A DNA stretch of 64,000 bases, from IMG/VR virus record IMGVR_UViG_3300048850_000068, positions 53,558 through 117,557 of that record; one strand, 5' to 3'. Shown piece by piece: positions 9,966-19,485 of the stretch (position 1 is the first letter of the stretch; the number at the start of each line of letters is the position of its first letter). The notes under the pieces were generated by a model that was not told the DNA's origin, did no database searches, and saw only the letters and a program-made list of their open reading frames with translations. Source of the DNA: a virus. Position numbers and translations under genes: made by a program.

Positions 9966-10499
9966 TTACGGGGTCGCGTCAGCCGCCTCGTGGCCGACGT
10001 AGAACAGACGCTCGTTCGTCGGGTCCGGATAGCCGGAGAAGGTGCAGTTGAACACGCGCTCGTCTTCGAGCTTGTAGGCGAACTGCATCGCGCCCGGGGT
10101 CATGGCGCGGGGCACCACGAAGTCCTCGGACTCGTCGCTGTCGGGCAGGCTCTTCGGGTGAAGGCGCAGCTCCTTGGCGTAGTCGAGCAGCGACAGGCCG
10201 ATACCCGTCTTCACATCGACGCGGCGCACATCGACATCGCCGGAATCCGTGACGAGCGAGGCGCCCGGCATGATCAGCACGAGGTTGTCGAGGGTGGTCT
10301 CGGCCAGCGGAACCTTCACGGTCACGTTACGCGACATGATGATCTCGTTGATGACGGTCTTACCGAACTGATCCACTTCGACCTTCTTCGTTTCGGTGGT
10401 CACTTCCACCTCAACACCGCCCTTGGTGTAACCCAGGTCCTTGGTGTCGAAAAAGATCTTGCAGACGCCCAGCTTGACGTTCTTGGTATCAGAAGCCAT
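9966..10499 (-). CDS. Major tail tube protein
   Basis: NVKLG..DLGYTKGGVEV..VDQFG; position. Confidence 0.8.
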   Translation of the reverse strand: MASDTKNVKLGVCKIFFDTKDLGYTKGGVEVEVTTETKKVEVDQFGKTVINEIIMSRNVTVKVPLAETTLDNLVLIMPGASLVTDSGDVDVRRVDVKTGIGLSLLDYAKELRLHPKSLPDSDESEDFVVPRAMTPGAMQFAYKLEDERVFNCTFSGYPDPTNERLFYVGHEAADATP

Positions 10500-10583
10500 G
10501 GCTTTTCATCCTTTGCAAAGGTTAGTCAAAACTGACTTGAGGACATTGTAACTGCCTTGCAAAGTTAAGTCAAAACTGACTTA

Positions 10584-10982
10584 TCATTCCATCACATAAG
10601 CAACCGTGAAATTGATGCTCCACTCAATGCCATTGCCGTCCGAGCGCGGATACTTGATCGGCAGGGTTTCGGGCAGCATGTGATTGAGCGTGATCGTCGG
10701 CAGATAGCGGGCGGGATCGGCCGGGTAGACCTTGCGCTGGTGTGTGGTGAGCGCATCGGTGACGGCCTTGGCGAGCGCGTCGCCCCGGTCGTGCTTCTGG
10801 GCTCGCACGATCACCTGGATCGAGGTCTTATAGTAACCTGGCAGATTGTGATCGACCGGAATGCCCTGCAGCGGCGCACGCACCAGGATTGCGGTCGACT
10901 CGTCGGCCGGCATGGCGTCGATATAGGTGGTGACGCCGAGATCGAGGGCGTCGATCGCGTCGGCGATATGATTCAGGTTCAT
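10584..10982 (-). CDS. Tail terminator / minor capsid-type neck protein
   Basis: IQVIVRA..., WSINF; synteny. Confidence 0.65.
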   Translation of the reverse strand: MNLNHIADAIDALDLGVTTYIDAMPADESTAILVRAPLQGIPVDHNLPGYYKTSIQVIVRAQKHDRGDALAKAVTDALTTHQRKVYPADPARYLPTITLNHMLPETLPIKYPRSDGNGIEWSINFTVAYVME

Positions 10983-11404
10983 AGGGTGATCTTTCGAACG
11001 ATGGCGCCGATCATGTCCTTGATGAGCTTCGGGGCGACGAACTCGACCGCCCGGGTGATGAACTTGCCGCCCACGTGACGTCCGGGATTGGCAGCCCGCT
11101 TGGCGAGCGTGCCGGGACCAGGCCGGTCTTCCGGATAGTGCTCGTGCATCTCGGTGCCGTAATCGACCTCGTCCATGACGATATCGATCTGAAGCCGGTT
11201 GCGCTCGCCGTAGGAGACGTCCTTGTGGATCGCCTCCTCGAGGTCGCCGGTGTCGCGCGGCGCGTTGAGCCGGGCTTCCTTGACGATCTGATCGGCGCCG
11301 CGGTGCATGGTCTTGCGCGCAGTGCTTGAGACACGCTCAGCCTCGTTGCGCAGGGCCGCATAGACCTCCTCGATGCCGGTGACGCCCATCTTCACGTCCA
11401 TCAC
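10979..11404 (-). CDS. HK97 gp10-like neck protein
   Basis: ARLNAPRDTGDLEEAI, GKFITRA motifs. Confidence 0.75.
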   Translation of the reverse strand: MMDVKMGVTGIEEVYAALRNEAERVSSTARKTMHRGADQIVKEARLNAPRDTGDLEEAIHKDVSYGERNRLQIDIVMDEVDYGTEMHEHYPEDRPGPGTLAKRAANPGRHVGGKFITRAVEFVAPKLIKDMIGAIVRKITL

Positions 11405-11754
11405 TCGTCCTCCTCATAGATGCCGAAGTCGCATTCGAAATGGTCGAGATCACCCGAAATGCTCAGGCGCGGCTCGCGCGCCGTCACGACCAGGTCATAG
11501 GATGCGATCTTGAAGCGGTCGCCAATGGCGATCGTAACGGTTGCCGGGAACAGGATCTTCGCGGCCGACATGGCGAACTCCTGGGCGTTGCCGCGGGATG
11601 CGGAGCTGTCGGCCCGGACCGATGTGGGCTGCTGCACGCGCGAGAGACGCACCACGCCGCACTCGACGGGCTTGCCCTCGGCAAAGACAGCCTCGCCGTG
11701 ACGATTACGGCCGGTCTTGGCAAACAGGATGCCATAGGTGTTGGGCAGAAACAT
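11401..11754 (-). CDS. Head-tail adaptor/closure protein
   Basis: MFLPNTYG...; size and synteny. Confidence 0.55.
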   Translation of the reverse strand: MFLPNTYGILFAKTGRNRHGEAVFAEGKPVECGVVRLSRVQQPTSVRADSSASRGNAQEFAMSAAKILFPATVTIAIGDRFKIASYDLVVTAREPRLSISGDLDHFECDFGIYEEDE

Positions 11755-12515
11755 CAGGCAGCCTTTCTCAAGATAGCGTCGGCGTTGGGGTGAAAGATCT
11801 CGGCGCGGATCTCGGCGTAGGTCGGCAGGGTCCCGTTCGCCGACATGGCGATCTTGAGCCCGTGCACGTCCGACTTCGGATTGTCGTGCACCACTTCCGC
11901 GTGCTCGAGCCCGTGATCGGACAGGGTCAGCAGCACAACCTCGTTGTAGGTGGACAAGAGCGAGTGGCGCCACACCGAGCGGACGAACTTGCGGGTGGGC
12001 CACTTCTGATTGCCGCGGTCGTGGAAGTAGAAGTGAAGCTCCTGAGCGTTGCCGATGCGATACTGCATCAGGGCGGTGCGCTCGGTGATACGCTGGGCCC
12101 GGGCCGAGAGCTTCACCTGCAGCACCGCGCGCCGCAACGAATCCTTCAAGAAACGAATGTCGCGCTCGATGACAGTCGAAAGCTCGCCCCGGAGATAGCT
12201 CTCAGCTTCATAGAGATGATCGCTGACAGCTTCCGTGAACTCGTCTGCAACTGGGGCAGCGATTTCGTTTGCTGTCGCTGTGTGAGCTTCTGCTGCGATG
12301 TCGTCGAGGGCGCTCTCCATATAGGCGTCCTCAGCGGCCATGAAGCGGATCCCCATCTCGAGGGCTTCGTTCGTGACCTTCGTGAACATGCGCGGAGAGC
12401 CAAAATCGGCCTGGTCGAGGGCGCGCTGATAGAGCGAGCGCCAGCCCTCGACGAGATTGCCGTAGCGAACCGCCGCGGCGTCGGCCTCAGCGGTGATGCG
12501 ATGCGTGATCTTCAT
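11754..12515 (-). CDS. Hypothetical virion morphogenesis protein
   Basis: Coupled ORF in head-neck block; ends IFHPN, like minor head proteins. Confidence 0.5.
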   Translation of the reverse strand: MKITHRITAEADAAAVRYGNLVEGWRSLYQRALDQADFGSPRMFTKVTNEALEMGIRFMAAEDAYMESALDDIAAEAHTATANEIAAPVADEFTEAVSDHLYEAESYLRGELSTVIERDIRFLKDSLRRAVLQVKLSARAQRITERTALMQYRIGNAQELHFYFHDRGNQKWPTRKFVRSVWRHSLLSTYNEVVLLTLSDHGLEHAEVVHDNPKSDVHGLKIAMSANGTLPTYAEIRAEIFHPNADAILRKAA

Positions 12516-13321
12516 GAGCGGGTCAGGGTCATACGGATGTTGATGTAGCCGGTGAGCGCCTCGAGGGCGGGAGCGGAGATGCCGAGCTGCAGGGGCTTGC
12601 CCGGGCGGAACATCATCGAGGATTCGCCGATGCTCTCGGACATGAGCCCGGAGCGGCGCTTCTCGCCGATCTTGTCGCCGCGCAGGATCTCGTTCGCCTC
12701 GAGCACCTGGGCCCGCTTCAGGGCGCGCTTGAAATGATCCGGCAGGTTTTGCCAGCGGGTGAGCTGCAACACGGGCCAGGAGCGCGGCTCGATGATATCC
12801 TCGAGGTCGTTGAGCTCACCGACGGTGTTCTGAAAATCGATATCCTGCGGCCGGCGCACGCGGTAGCCGACACGGGTCAGGCGCTCATACGCCTCGACCA
12901 GAGCTGCCTGGCGCGTGGCGTCGTCGGCGCCGTCCCAGCCGAACATGCGCGTCATCTCGGATGCGAGCAGTTGCGCGCCGGCATAGGTCTGGAACGAATT
13001 CTTGAGCAGCACCAGGGGAACGTTCGCCCGGAGCTTGTAGAGCAGATCGATGCGGAACGAGCCGCCCTCGACGTCGATCTGAAGCACCACGGTCCGGATG
13101 CCGGCCGGGGCGCCTTCGACAACCGTATTGAGATCGCCCGGGACGGTGATCTCGGCATCGGTCATGCCCTCAGTAACGTCGAGGGCGGTCTCTTCAACCA
13201 CCTCTTCGTCGTTCTCGTTATAGACAACGTAGGAAAGCCCCGTCGGCGTGACGGGGTCGCCATTGAAATCGACCAGGGGGATCGTGACAGTGACGGCAAC
13301 GCCGACGGGGTAGGTCTTCAT
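12512..13321 (-). CDS. Head-tail connector-like protein with N-terminal beta-rich domain
   Basis: ALKRAQVLEA..ESIGESS motif; synteny. Confidence 0.55.
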   Translation of the reverse strand: MKTYPVGVAVTVTIPLVDFNGDPVTPTGLSYVVYNENDEEVVEETALDVTEGMTDAEITVPGDLNTVVEGAPAGIRTVVLQIDVEGGSFRIDLLYKLRANVPLVLLKNSFQTYAGAQLLASEMTRMFGWDGADDATRQAALVEAYERLTRVGYRVRRPQDIDFQNTVGELNDLEDIIEPRSWPVLQLTRWQNLPDHFKRALKRAQVLEANEILRGDKIGEKRRSGLMSESIGESSMMFRPGKPLQLGISAPALEALTGYINIRMTLTRS

Positions 13322-14101
13322 TTATGCCTCGGTGCTCTTGATGGTGTCGCCTTCGCCGGAGAACTCAGGATTGCCCTTGCTCTCGTCGGCCTGCGGCTTC
13401 TCCGTGGAAGCCTCGTCGGCTGCGCTGTCGGCATCATCCTCGAAACCGACCTCGTCTTCCGAAGCGTCGTCGCCGGCATTGTCCGCGGCTGCTGGAGCCG
13501 GCTCTTCCTCGGATTCGTCTTCGGCGGAGAGGTCGCGACCGTTGGCCGAGACCTCAGCCTCGTGGTCTTCGGCAGCCTTGCGCGCCTTCTCGGCGTCGGC
13601 TTCCTTCTGGGCAGCCTCGGCAGCTTCCGCGGCCGCAACCGTCTTGCTGAACTCGCCCTGCGCGGCCAGGATGTCGCGGATCAGCTCGGGGATTGAGCGG
13701 CCCTTGACGTTCCAGCTCTTGCCGATCGGACGCAGCGCCTTGATGCCGTCCTTGTCGGCGATCGCCTCGAGTTCCTTCTGGGTGTAGAGACGCTCGACCG
13801 GCGGACGCTTGGCCTTCTCGGCTTCACGCTTGGCTTCAGCGGCGAGCTCTTCGTCCGAGGCGCGTTCGAGTTCGACGAGGGCCACGGCCGAAATCGTCGC
13901 GCCACCAATGAGGCGGGCAGCCGGATTGGCCTGGGTCTCGCTGCCGTCGTCTTCGAGTTCGACGCATTCGATATTGGCCGAGACCTGGTCGGCGAGGCGC
14001 TGCGGCACGGGGTCGGTGGACACACCGTCCACGAATTCGACCAGCCCGATCTGGCCGGTATAGCCCGCCCATCCGGCGGCTACGATCTTGAGGTGCTTCA
14101 T
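13322..14101 (-). CDS. Hypothetical head-associated protein with acidic C-tail
   Basis: N-terminus resembles that of 14183-15706; very D/E-rich tail. Confidence 0.55.
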   Translation of the reverse strand: MKHLKIVAAGWAGYTGQIGLVEFVDGVSTDPVPQRLADQVSANIECVELEDDGSETQANPAARLIGGATISAVALVELERASDEELAAEAKREAEKAKRPPVERLYTQKELEAIADKDGIKALRPIGKSWNVKGRSIPELIRDILAAQGEFSKTVAAAEAAEAAQKEADAEKARKAAEDHEAEVSANGRDLSAEDESEEEPAPAAADNAGDDASEDEVGFEDDADSAADEASTEKPQADESKGNPEFSGEGDTIKSTEA

Positions 14102-14124
14102 GGGATCCTGCAGGGTTGAAACGG

Positions 14125-14150
14125 AAAAGGCGGGCCTGAACCCGCCTTTC
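14125..14150 (-). terminator. Intrinsic terminator
   Basis: AAAAGGCGGG-cctgaa-CCCGCCTTT. Confidence 0.6.
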
Positions 14151-14182
14151 CATAGTAAGTCAGAATTGACTTACGTTCAAGG

Positions 14183-15706
14183 TTACACAATCAGGCCCAA
14201 ACTGATCAGGTGAGCGATATCGGCATAGCCGAGACCGTTCGGGTGAAGCTGATCGAAATAGAACCCGAGCGCGTTTGCGTCCTCGTGGGAGCCGAAGCGC
14301 TGGGTGATATCGATCACCGGCACGTTGTTGGCGAGCGCAATCTCGTAGATCGCCAGGAGATAGGCTGCCTGGTTCTCCGGGAGAGCTGCGCCGATCTCGC
14401 TGGGCGGAGGGCCGAGCAGGATCACGTCGCCGGTTGCCTTGGCCCGCAGAAGGGTGTTGGCAAGCTGGGTCTTGAAGGTCGGCACATCGACCGGCGGGGC
14501 TGCGCGCCAGTTGTTGATGCCCAAGTTGAGGATCGTGAGATCCGGAGCGATGACGCCGATGGCGTTGCCCGGCGACCAGGGCGACGTAACCGAATCCCAG
14601 GAGCTCGTGGCCGCGCCGGACCAGCCGGCATTGATCACGCTCACCGCGGGCGCGGTCGAGTCGAAGGTGTTGATATGAGCGATATGCACGCCAGCGCCGG
14701 TGCCGTTGCGGGCGATGTTGATCGTATGCGTGCCCTTGGGAACGGTGACCGTTGCCTTCATGAGCGCCTGAGCGCCAGCCGCATTGATCGTCGCCGCTGC
14801 CGCGCCGCCGTCGACACCTACCGTGAACGTGCCGTAGCCGGCGTTCTGCAGGTAATAGACCTCGATCGTGTCGAAGGCCCGGGCCGGGGTGAAGTTGAGC
14901 GGGTTGACCGACGTGGTGTTGAGCCAGGTGCGGGTGGCAAGCGACGTCACGGTGGACTGAGCCCAGCCGGCGCCGAGCGTCAGGCGCGGGTCGTAGGCGA
15001 CGAAGTCAGCATCGGTGAGCGCGCCGTTGCCGCAGATCGAACCGGCATGAGCCGGGATACCCGCGGCATTCAGGATCTCGGCGAGCTTCACCGGCCAGCT
15101 CTTCGTGCGGGCGCCGATCGTGCCCTGAGCCCCGGTGCCGGCACCCATGCCGAAGGTGGTGGAATCGCCGACGCACAGGATCTTGGCCTGGCCGGCTCCG
15201 GCACGCACGCGAGCGAGCGCCTTACGCCAGGTCTTCAGGTTGGCGCCCGGGCCGGACGACTTGAGATTGAACAGACCGGGATGCTGCACGGCGCTCAAGG
15301 TGGCGCCGATCGAACGTCCGGCCGGAATTCCACCGAGCGTGACGGCAATCTGCGACACCTGGGCGGCGAGCGCCTGGCGCGTGCGCAGCGGGGTCATGAT
15401 CTCGTCGTCATTGACGCCGCTCTCGGCATCGGTCTGGTCGGCAAACTCCGGAACCTCGACAATGGTCGCGGTGGACGGAACCGAGCCCTTGGAGCCGGTG
15501 GGGATCTGACCGATCGAGGTCACGTTCTCGGCCGGGCCATAGGCCACACCCGGAAAGGCATTGTCCTCGACCTTGAAGCTCATGGCGAGCTGGCCGGCGC
15601 GGATCGCATCAACGTTCGTGGTCGAGACGCCGTTGACGAATTCGATAGTATGCAGGGAGCCGGTGAACGTCTCCCAGCCAGGCTGCTTAAGCCGCAGAAC
15701 GGGCAT
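14183..15706 (-). CDS. Head fibre/decoration protein with SGNH (GDSL) esterase domain
   Basis: VGDSTT, NAGWSG, NLGINN, DQLHPN blocks; fibre-like motif ADQTDAESG..IMTPLR; directly after capsid gene. Confidence 0.75.
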   Translation of the reverse strand: MPVLRLKQPGWETFTGSLHTIEFVNGVSTTNVDAIRAGQLAMSFKVEDNAFPGVAYGPAENVTSIGQIPTGSKGSVPSTATIVEVPEFADQTDAESGVNDDEIMTPLRTRQALAAQVSQIAVTLGGIPAGRSIGATLSAVQHPGLFNLKSSGPGANLKTWRKALARVRAGAGQAKILCVGDSTTFGMGAGTGAQGTIGARTKSWPVKLAEILNAAGIPAHAGSICGNGALTDADFVAYDPRLTLGAGWAQSTVTSLATRTWLNTTSVNPLNFTPARAFDTIEVYYLQNAGYGTFTVGVDGGAAAATINAAGAQALMKATVTVPKGTHTINIARNGTGAGVHIAHINTFDSTAPAVSVINAGWSGAATSSWDSVTSPWSPGNAIGVIAPDLTILNLGINNWRAAPPVDVPTFKTQLANTLLRAKATGDVILLGPPPSEIGAALPENQAAYLLAIYEIALANNVPVIDITQRFGSHEDANALGFYFDQLHPNGLGYADIAHLISLGLIV

Positions 15707-15784
15707 CGGATATCCTCCTAATACAGAAACGGGGCACCCGAAGGCGCCCCGTAATGATAAGTCAGTTCTGACTTATAGACCAGA

Positions 15785-16687
15785 TTAAACGTTGGTGATG
15801 CCCTTGAGGCGTGCAACGGAGTGGGTAGCCTTGAGAGCCGTGCCCACATACCACTTCACGCGCCAGCGGACAGCGTCCTTGTTCTGGATCGTGCCGATGT
15901 CCTCGACCACGATGCCGGCGTTGCCGCCGCCGTAGATCGCATGGAAGCCGTCGGTCTCGTTCAGACGCAGAGCGTAGATCGAGGTCGTGGCCGTGCCCGA
16001 GCCCTGGACTTCGTCAGCGGGGATGAAGTCGTTGATGATGACCGGGGTGCCATCATAGGCCTTGATCGGGTGAGCGAAGTTCGGGACCATGATGGTCTGA
16101 GCATCGTTGCCGCCCATTGCGCGCAGGAGAGCGCGAATGGCGCGCCAGGTGCCGGAGCGCATCATGAGAACGTCGGTGCCGTTCTTCACAGCGTCCTTCA
16201 GCTCATCGAGCATGTTGGCCGTGACAGCAGCGCCGTTTGCACCGGCCACGAGGACCTGAGCAGCCGGAACGTGCTTGCGGATACCGTCGAACTCCTTCGC
16301 GTTCACGCCGGAATCGCCCTGGACGAGCGTGCGACGGAACTTGCGGCCGAGCGCCTTTGCCTTCGAAGCAAGCTGGATAGCAAGCTGCGGGTTGGCATCG
16401 GACTGCGTGGCGAGCAGGAACTTATCGAGGTCCACGTCACCAGCCATGATGCGCAGCTTTGCGACGACTTCCTCGAAGGTCGCGGCGCCTTCCGGCACAA
16501 CCTCGTAAGGATCGAGGAACGCGCCCTCGGAGATCGTCTTCTCGCGGTTATACATGTAGGCCTTGCCGTTCACACCAAGGAACGGGACCAGGGCGAAGAG
16601 TTCATCGCGATCGATGATCTCCTCGATAACACCGCGCTCCATCTGTCCTTCGGACAGCTTCGCGGCTTCTTCTACCAGCAACGGCAT
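15785..16687 (-). CDS. Major capsid protein
   Basis: 300 aa after scaffold; GDVDLDKF, EFDGI, RVKWYVG..ARLKGI; followed by terminator hairpin 15726-15752. Confidence 0.85.
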   Translation of the reverse strand: MPLLVEEAAKLSEGQMERGVIEEIIDRDELFALVPFLGVNGKAYMYNREKTISEGAFLDPYEVVPEGAATFEEVVAKLRIMAGDVDLDKFLLATQSDANPQLAIQLASKAKALGRKFRRTLVQGDSGVNAKEFDGIRKHVPAAQVLVAGANGAAVTANMLDELKDAVKNGTDVLMMRSGTWRAIRALLRAMGGNDAQTIMVPNFAHPIKAYDGTPVIINDFIPADEVQGSGTATTSIYALRLNETDGFHAIYGGGNAGIVVEDIGTIQNKDAVRWRVKWYVGTALKATHSVARLKGITNV

Positions 16688-16859
16688 TGTTCACTCCTTC
16701 GGGATCGATCGCCGAGATGAATTCAGGTCAGCCCTGATAAGTCAGTTCTGACTTAATATGCCTATTATAGATATAGCATTGCGTCCCTTACAAGAGGAAA
16801 AGAGTAAGTCATCGCTGACTTACTCTTTCTTTTTTGCCAAATTGTGCGAAAACGGTCGG

Positions 16860-17750
16860 TTACGACTTGTTCGCCAGGCTCGCGGCGATGCGCGCGGCGC
16901 CGAACAGGGCCGGCTTCTTGTCCGTATTCGGCAGGTCCGTGGTCTTGGACTGGGCGCCGTTCTTCATCGTGGACTTGATCAGACGCTCGTGATCCGGATT
17001 GGCCTCGACCAGCTTCTTGATCGCCGCATCGAAGTTCATCGGATTGCCGGAGCCGTCGATCAGCTTCGTGCGCTCGGAAGCGCCCTTCGGCTTGTCGTAG
17101 GCCACAGGCACGCCGTTCTCGGTCTCGAAGTGATCCCCGAACAGCTTGCGGGCAGCCGACGGCGGCACCACGAGTTCATCGGCGACGAACTTGGACTGGG
17201 AGAAGGCCGAGCCGACGGTGAGATCCTGGATCTGGGCAAGCGCCAGGTCGAGCGCCGTCTTGGTCGTGACGCTCTCGTTACGAACCGCCTCGATCTCCTT
17301 CTGATGCTCTTCCTTCATCATCTCGAGGAGACGCTTGGTGTTGCCCTCGGCTTCCGCCTTGGCCTTCTCAGCCGCGCGGGCTTCCTCGGCAGCCTTTTCG
17401 GCCGCAGCCTTCAGGGTCTTGTATTCCTCGGGGTCGATGCCGTCGAACTTCTTCAGCTCGTCCTGAGCCTTCCGGAGAGCTTCCTTCTTCTCCATGTTCT
17501 CCTTGAGGAGCTTGGCATCGGCATCGGACATGCCGGACTTTTCCTTCTCGGCAGCCAGGCGATCGGCTTCAGCCTTGTCAGCCGCGGCCTTATCGGCGGC
17601 AGCCTTCTTGGCCGCTTCATCGTCACCGCCGTCGTTGCCCTGATCGTTCGGAGCCTCATGAAGGATGCGCGGTCCAACCGGGCTGGCGAAGATATTGTGG
17701 CGAACAGCAATGCCGTGGGATGCGGCGAGCTTCTGCGAATAGATAGTCAT
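16860..17750 (-). CDS. Capsid scaffolding protein
   Basis: Charged coiled-coil between portal and capsid genes. Confidence 0.75.
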   Translation of the reverse strand: MTIYSQKLAASHGIAVRHNIFASPVGPRILHEAPNDQGNDGGDDEAAKKAAADKAAADKAEADRLAAEKEKSGMSDADAKLLKENMEKKEALRKAQDELKKFDGIDPEEYKTLKAAAEKAAEEARAAEKAKAEAEGNTKRLLEMMKEEHQKEIEAVRNESVTTKTALDLALAQIQDLTVGSAFSQSKFVADELVVPPSAARKLFGDHFETENGVPVAYDKPKGASERTKLIDGSGNPMNFDAAIKKLVEANPDHERLIKSTMKNGAQSKTTDLPNTDKKPALFGAARIAASLANKS

Positions 17751-17839
17751 CGTCTTGTCTCCTTCGGCCATTCTCTCGGCCTACGGGGTTGAAAGGGGCG
17801 CCGATCACTTGGCGCCCTGTGGTGAGCCAGGATGGCTCG

Positions 17840-19429
17840 TTACTTCGTCTCCGACGTCACCTGACCCTGGCGCTTTTGCGTGCTCGCATTCTTGCGGGCG
17901 GGCGTCCGGGCGGTGGAGCCTGAGCCGAAACTCGTGGGTGCGTGCTTGGCGGCGACGGCTGCGAGCTCGTCGGCGCGCTCGACCGGATCAACCGGCCAGT
18001 TCTTGAGCTCCGCGTTCATCGTCTTGCGCAGGTCTTCGGCAAGCCGCGGGAACAGCTTGTCGATGACCTGGTTCATCTGCTCGCGGCGCACAGAGGCCGG
18101 AGCCTCGATCAGACCGAGCTTTTCAGCGATGGTGAATTCGTCGAACAGGTTGCGCACGTCGAAGGTGTCCGGATACTTCACCAGCTCCTTCTTGGGCGCC
18201 GCCTTGGAGTGCCAGAGCATCACCAGCTCGCAGAGCTCGTTCTCGGCATTCTCCAGCGAGCCGGCCTTGGCCGTCAGGAGCGAGTTGACCCGTTCGAAGT
18301 CATACGCCTTCGCCACACCGCTGCTATTATCAATACCAACAGCATTGTCTTCCTTCGTGCGTTCGCCAGCCATGCCGATCGTGTGATAGATCTCACCGAT
18401 CAGCTTGTTGATGATCTGCATGATCACGCCGGCCTGCTTCGGGTCGGGCGAAATGTATTCGGGCTTGGCGGAGCCTTCGCCGTCGTAGACGAAGATCCGC
18501 TTGGTGCCGGCTTCGACCAGGGCGTTATACTTGTCGTCGCCCGGCAGGATGCTCTGAGCGGGCATCGCGAGCTGCGAGAAGGTCTGGTCCTGGATGATCG
18601 CATCGACGTTGGAGAGATAGTTCGCCACGGCCTTGTCGAGATAGGCGATGTCGTTGATGAGCGCCGGCGTCGCATAGGGATCGTCGCCAATCACGTGCGG
18701 CAGCGGGAAGCCCGGCACGCGGCCGAGACCATGCCAGCCGGAGCCGACGATCTTAACCTCGGTGGTCTTGCCCCAGCCGTATTGCTTCTCCTCGACCTCG
18801 AACAGGGTCCAGGACTGGCGCTCCCACAGCCGGAAGCGCTCGCGCACCTCACCAGACGAGAAGATCGGGTCGCTGTCGTCGCGGTAGGTTTCGCGCACCA
18901 GCACCCAGGAATACGAGCCCCGGTCATCGACGCCGATATCGAGCACGTCCTGCGGGCGCACCACGTAAGCATAAACCCGGGCCTGGGCCTTCTTCTGATC
19001 GGCAACCGACAGGATCTCTTCGGTCTTGGTGGTGTCGGTGAAGATCCAGGGCATGCCCAGCGTCGAGGACTTGGTCGACGCCATGTTCATGAACTGGTTG
19101 ATGTCGTGACCCTTCAGCGTCGCGCTCGCCCAGAAGTCCTTGATCTCCTGGGGCGCGTCAGCCTCGTTGCGGGTGCAGGGCGACTTGAAGATATACTTGT
19201 TGACGAGATCGACCGCTTCCTTGGTGTGATTGAAGCGGTAGGCGCGGGTCAGACGCTCCTTGAATTCCTTCTCGCCTTCCTTCACGTAGCGGAAGATATT
19301 GGACTTGAACCATTCGCGGCCGCCCTTGTAGGTCGCCTCGAGGAAGTTCCAATGCGGCAGCAGCTCCTCATAGCGCGGATGGCGACGCTTGAGGAACTCC
19401 TGCAATGTCTTTTGGTAGCTGTCCGCCAT
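17840..19429 (-). CDS. Portal protein
   Basis: 529 aa after TerL; RHPRY..W, SGVAKAYDF motif. Confidence 0.85.
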   Translation of the reverse strand: MADSYQKTLQEFLKRRHPRYEELLPHWNFLEATYKGGREWFKSNIFRYVKEGEKEFKERLTRAYRFNHTKEAVDLVNKYIFKSPCTRNEADAPQEIKDFWASATLKGHDINQFMNMASTKSSTLGMPWIFTDTTKTEEILSVADQKKAQARVYAYVVRPQDVLDIGVDDRGSYSWVLVRETYRDDSDPIFSSGEVRERFRLWERQSWTLFEVEEKQYGWGKTTEVKIVGSGWHGLGRVPGFPLPHVIGDDPYATPALINDIAYLDKAVANYLSNVDAIIQDQTFSQLAMPAQSILPGDDKYNALVEAGTKRIFVYDGEGSAKPEYISPDPKQAGVIMQIINKLIGEIYHTIGMAGERTKEDNAVGIDNSSGVAKAYDFERVNSLLTAKAGSLENAENELCELVMLWHSKAAPKKELVKYPDTFDVRNLFDEFTIAEKLGLIEAPASVRREQMNQVIDKLFPRLAEDLRKTMNAELKNWPVDPVERADELAAVAAKHAPTSFGSGSTARTPARKNASTQKRQGQVTSETK

Positions 19430-19485
19430 GATGAAACCCGTGAATCGAAACTCTATAATAAGTCAGTGCTGACTTATGTTCAAGG

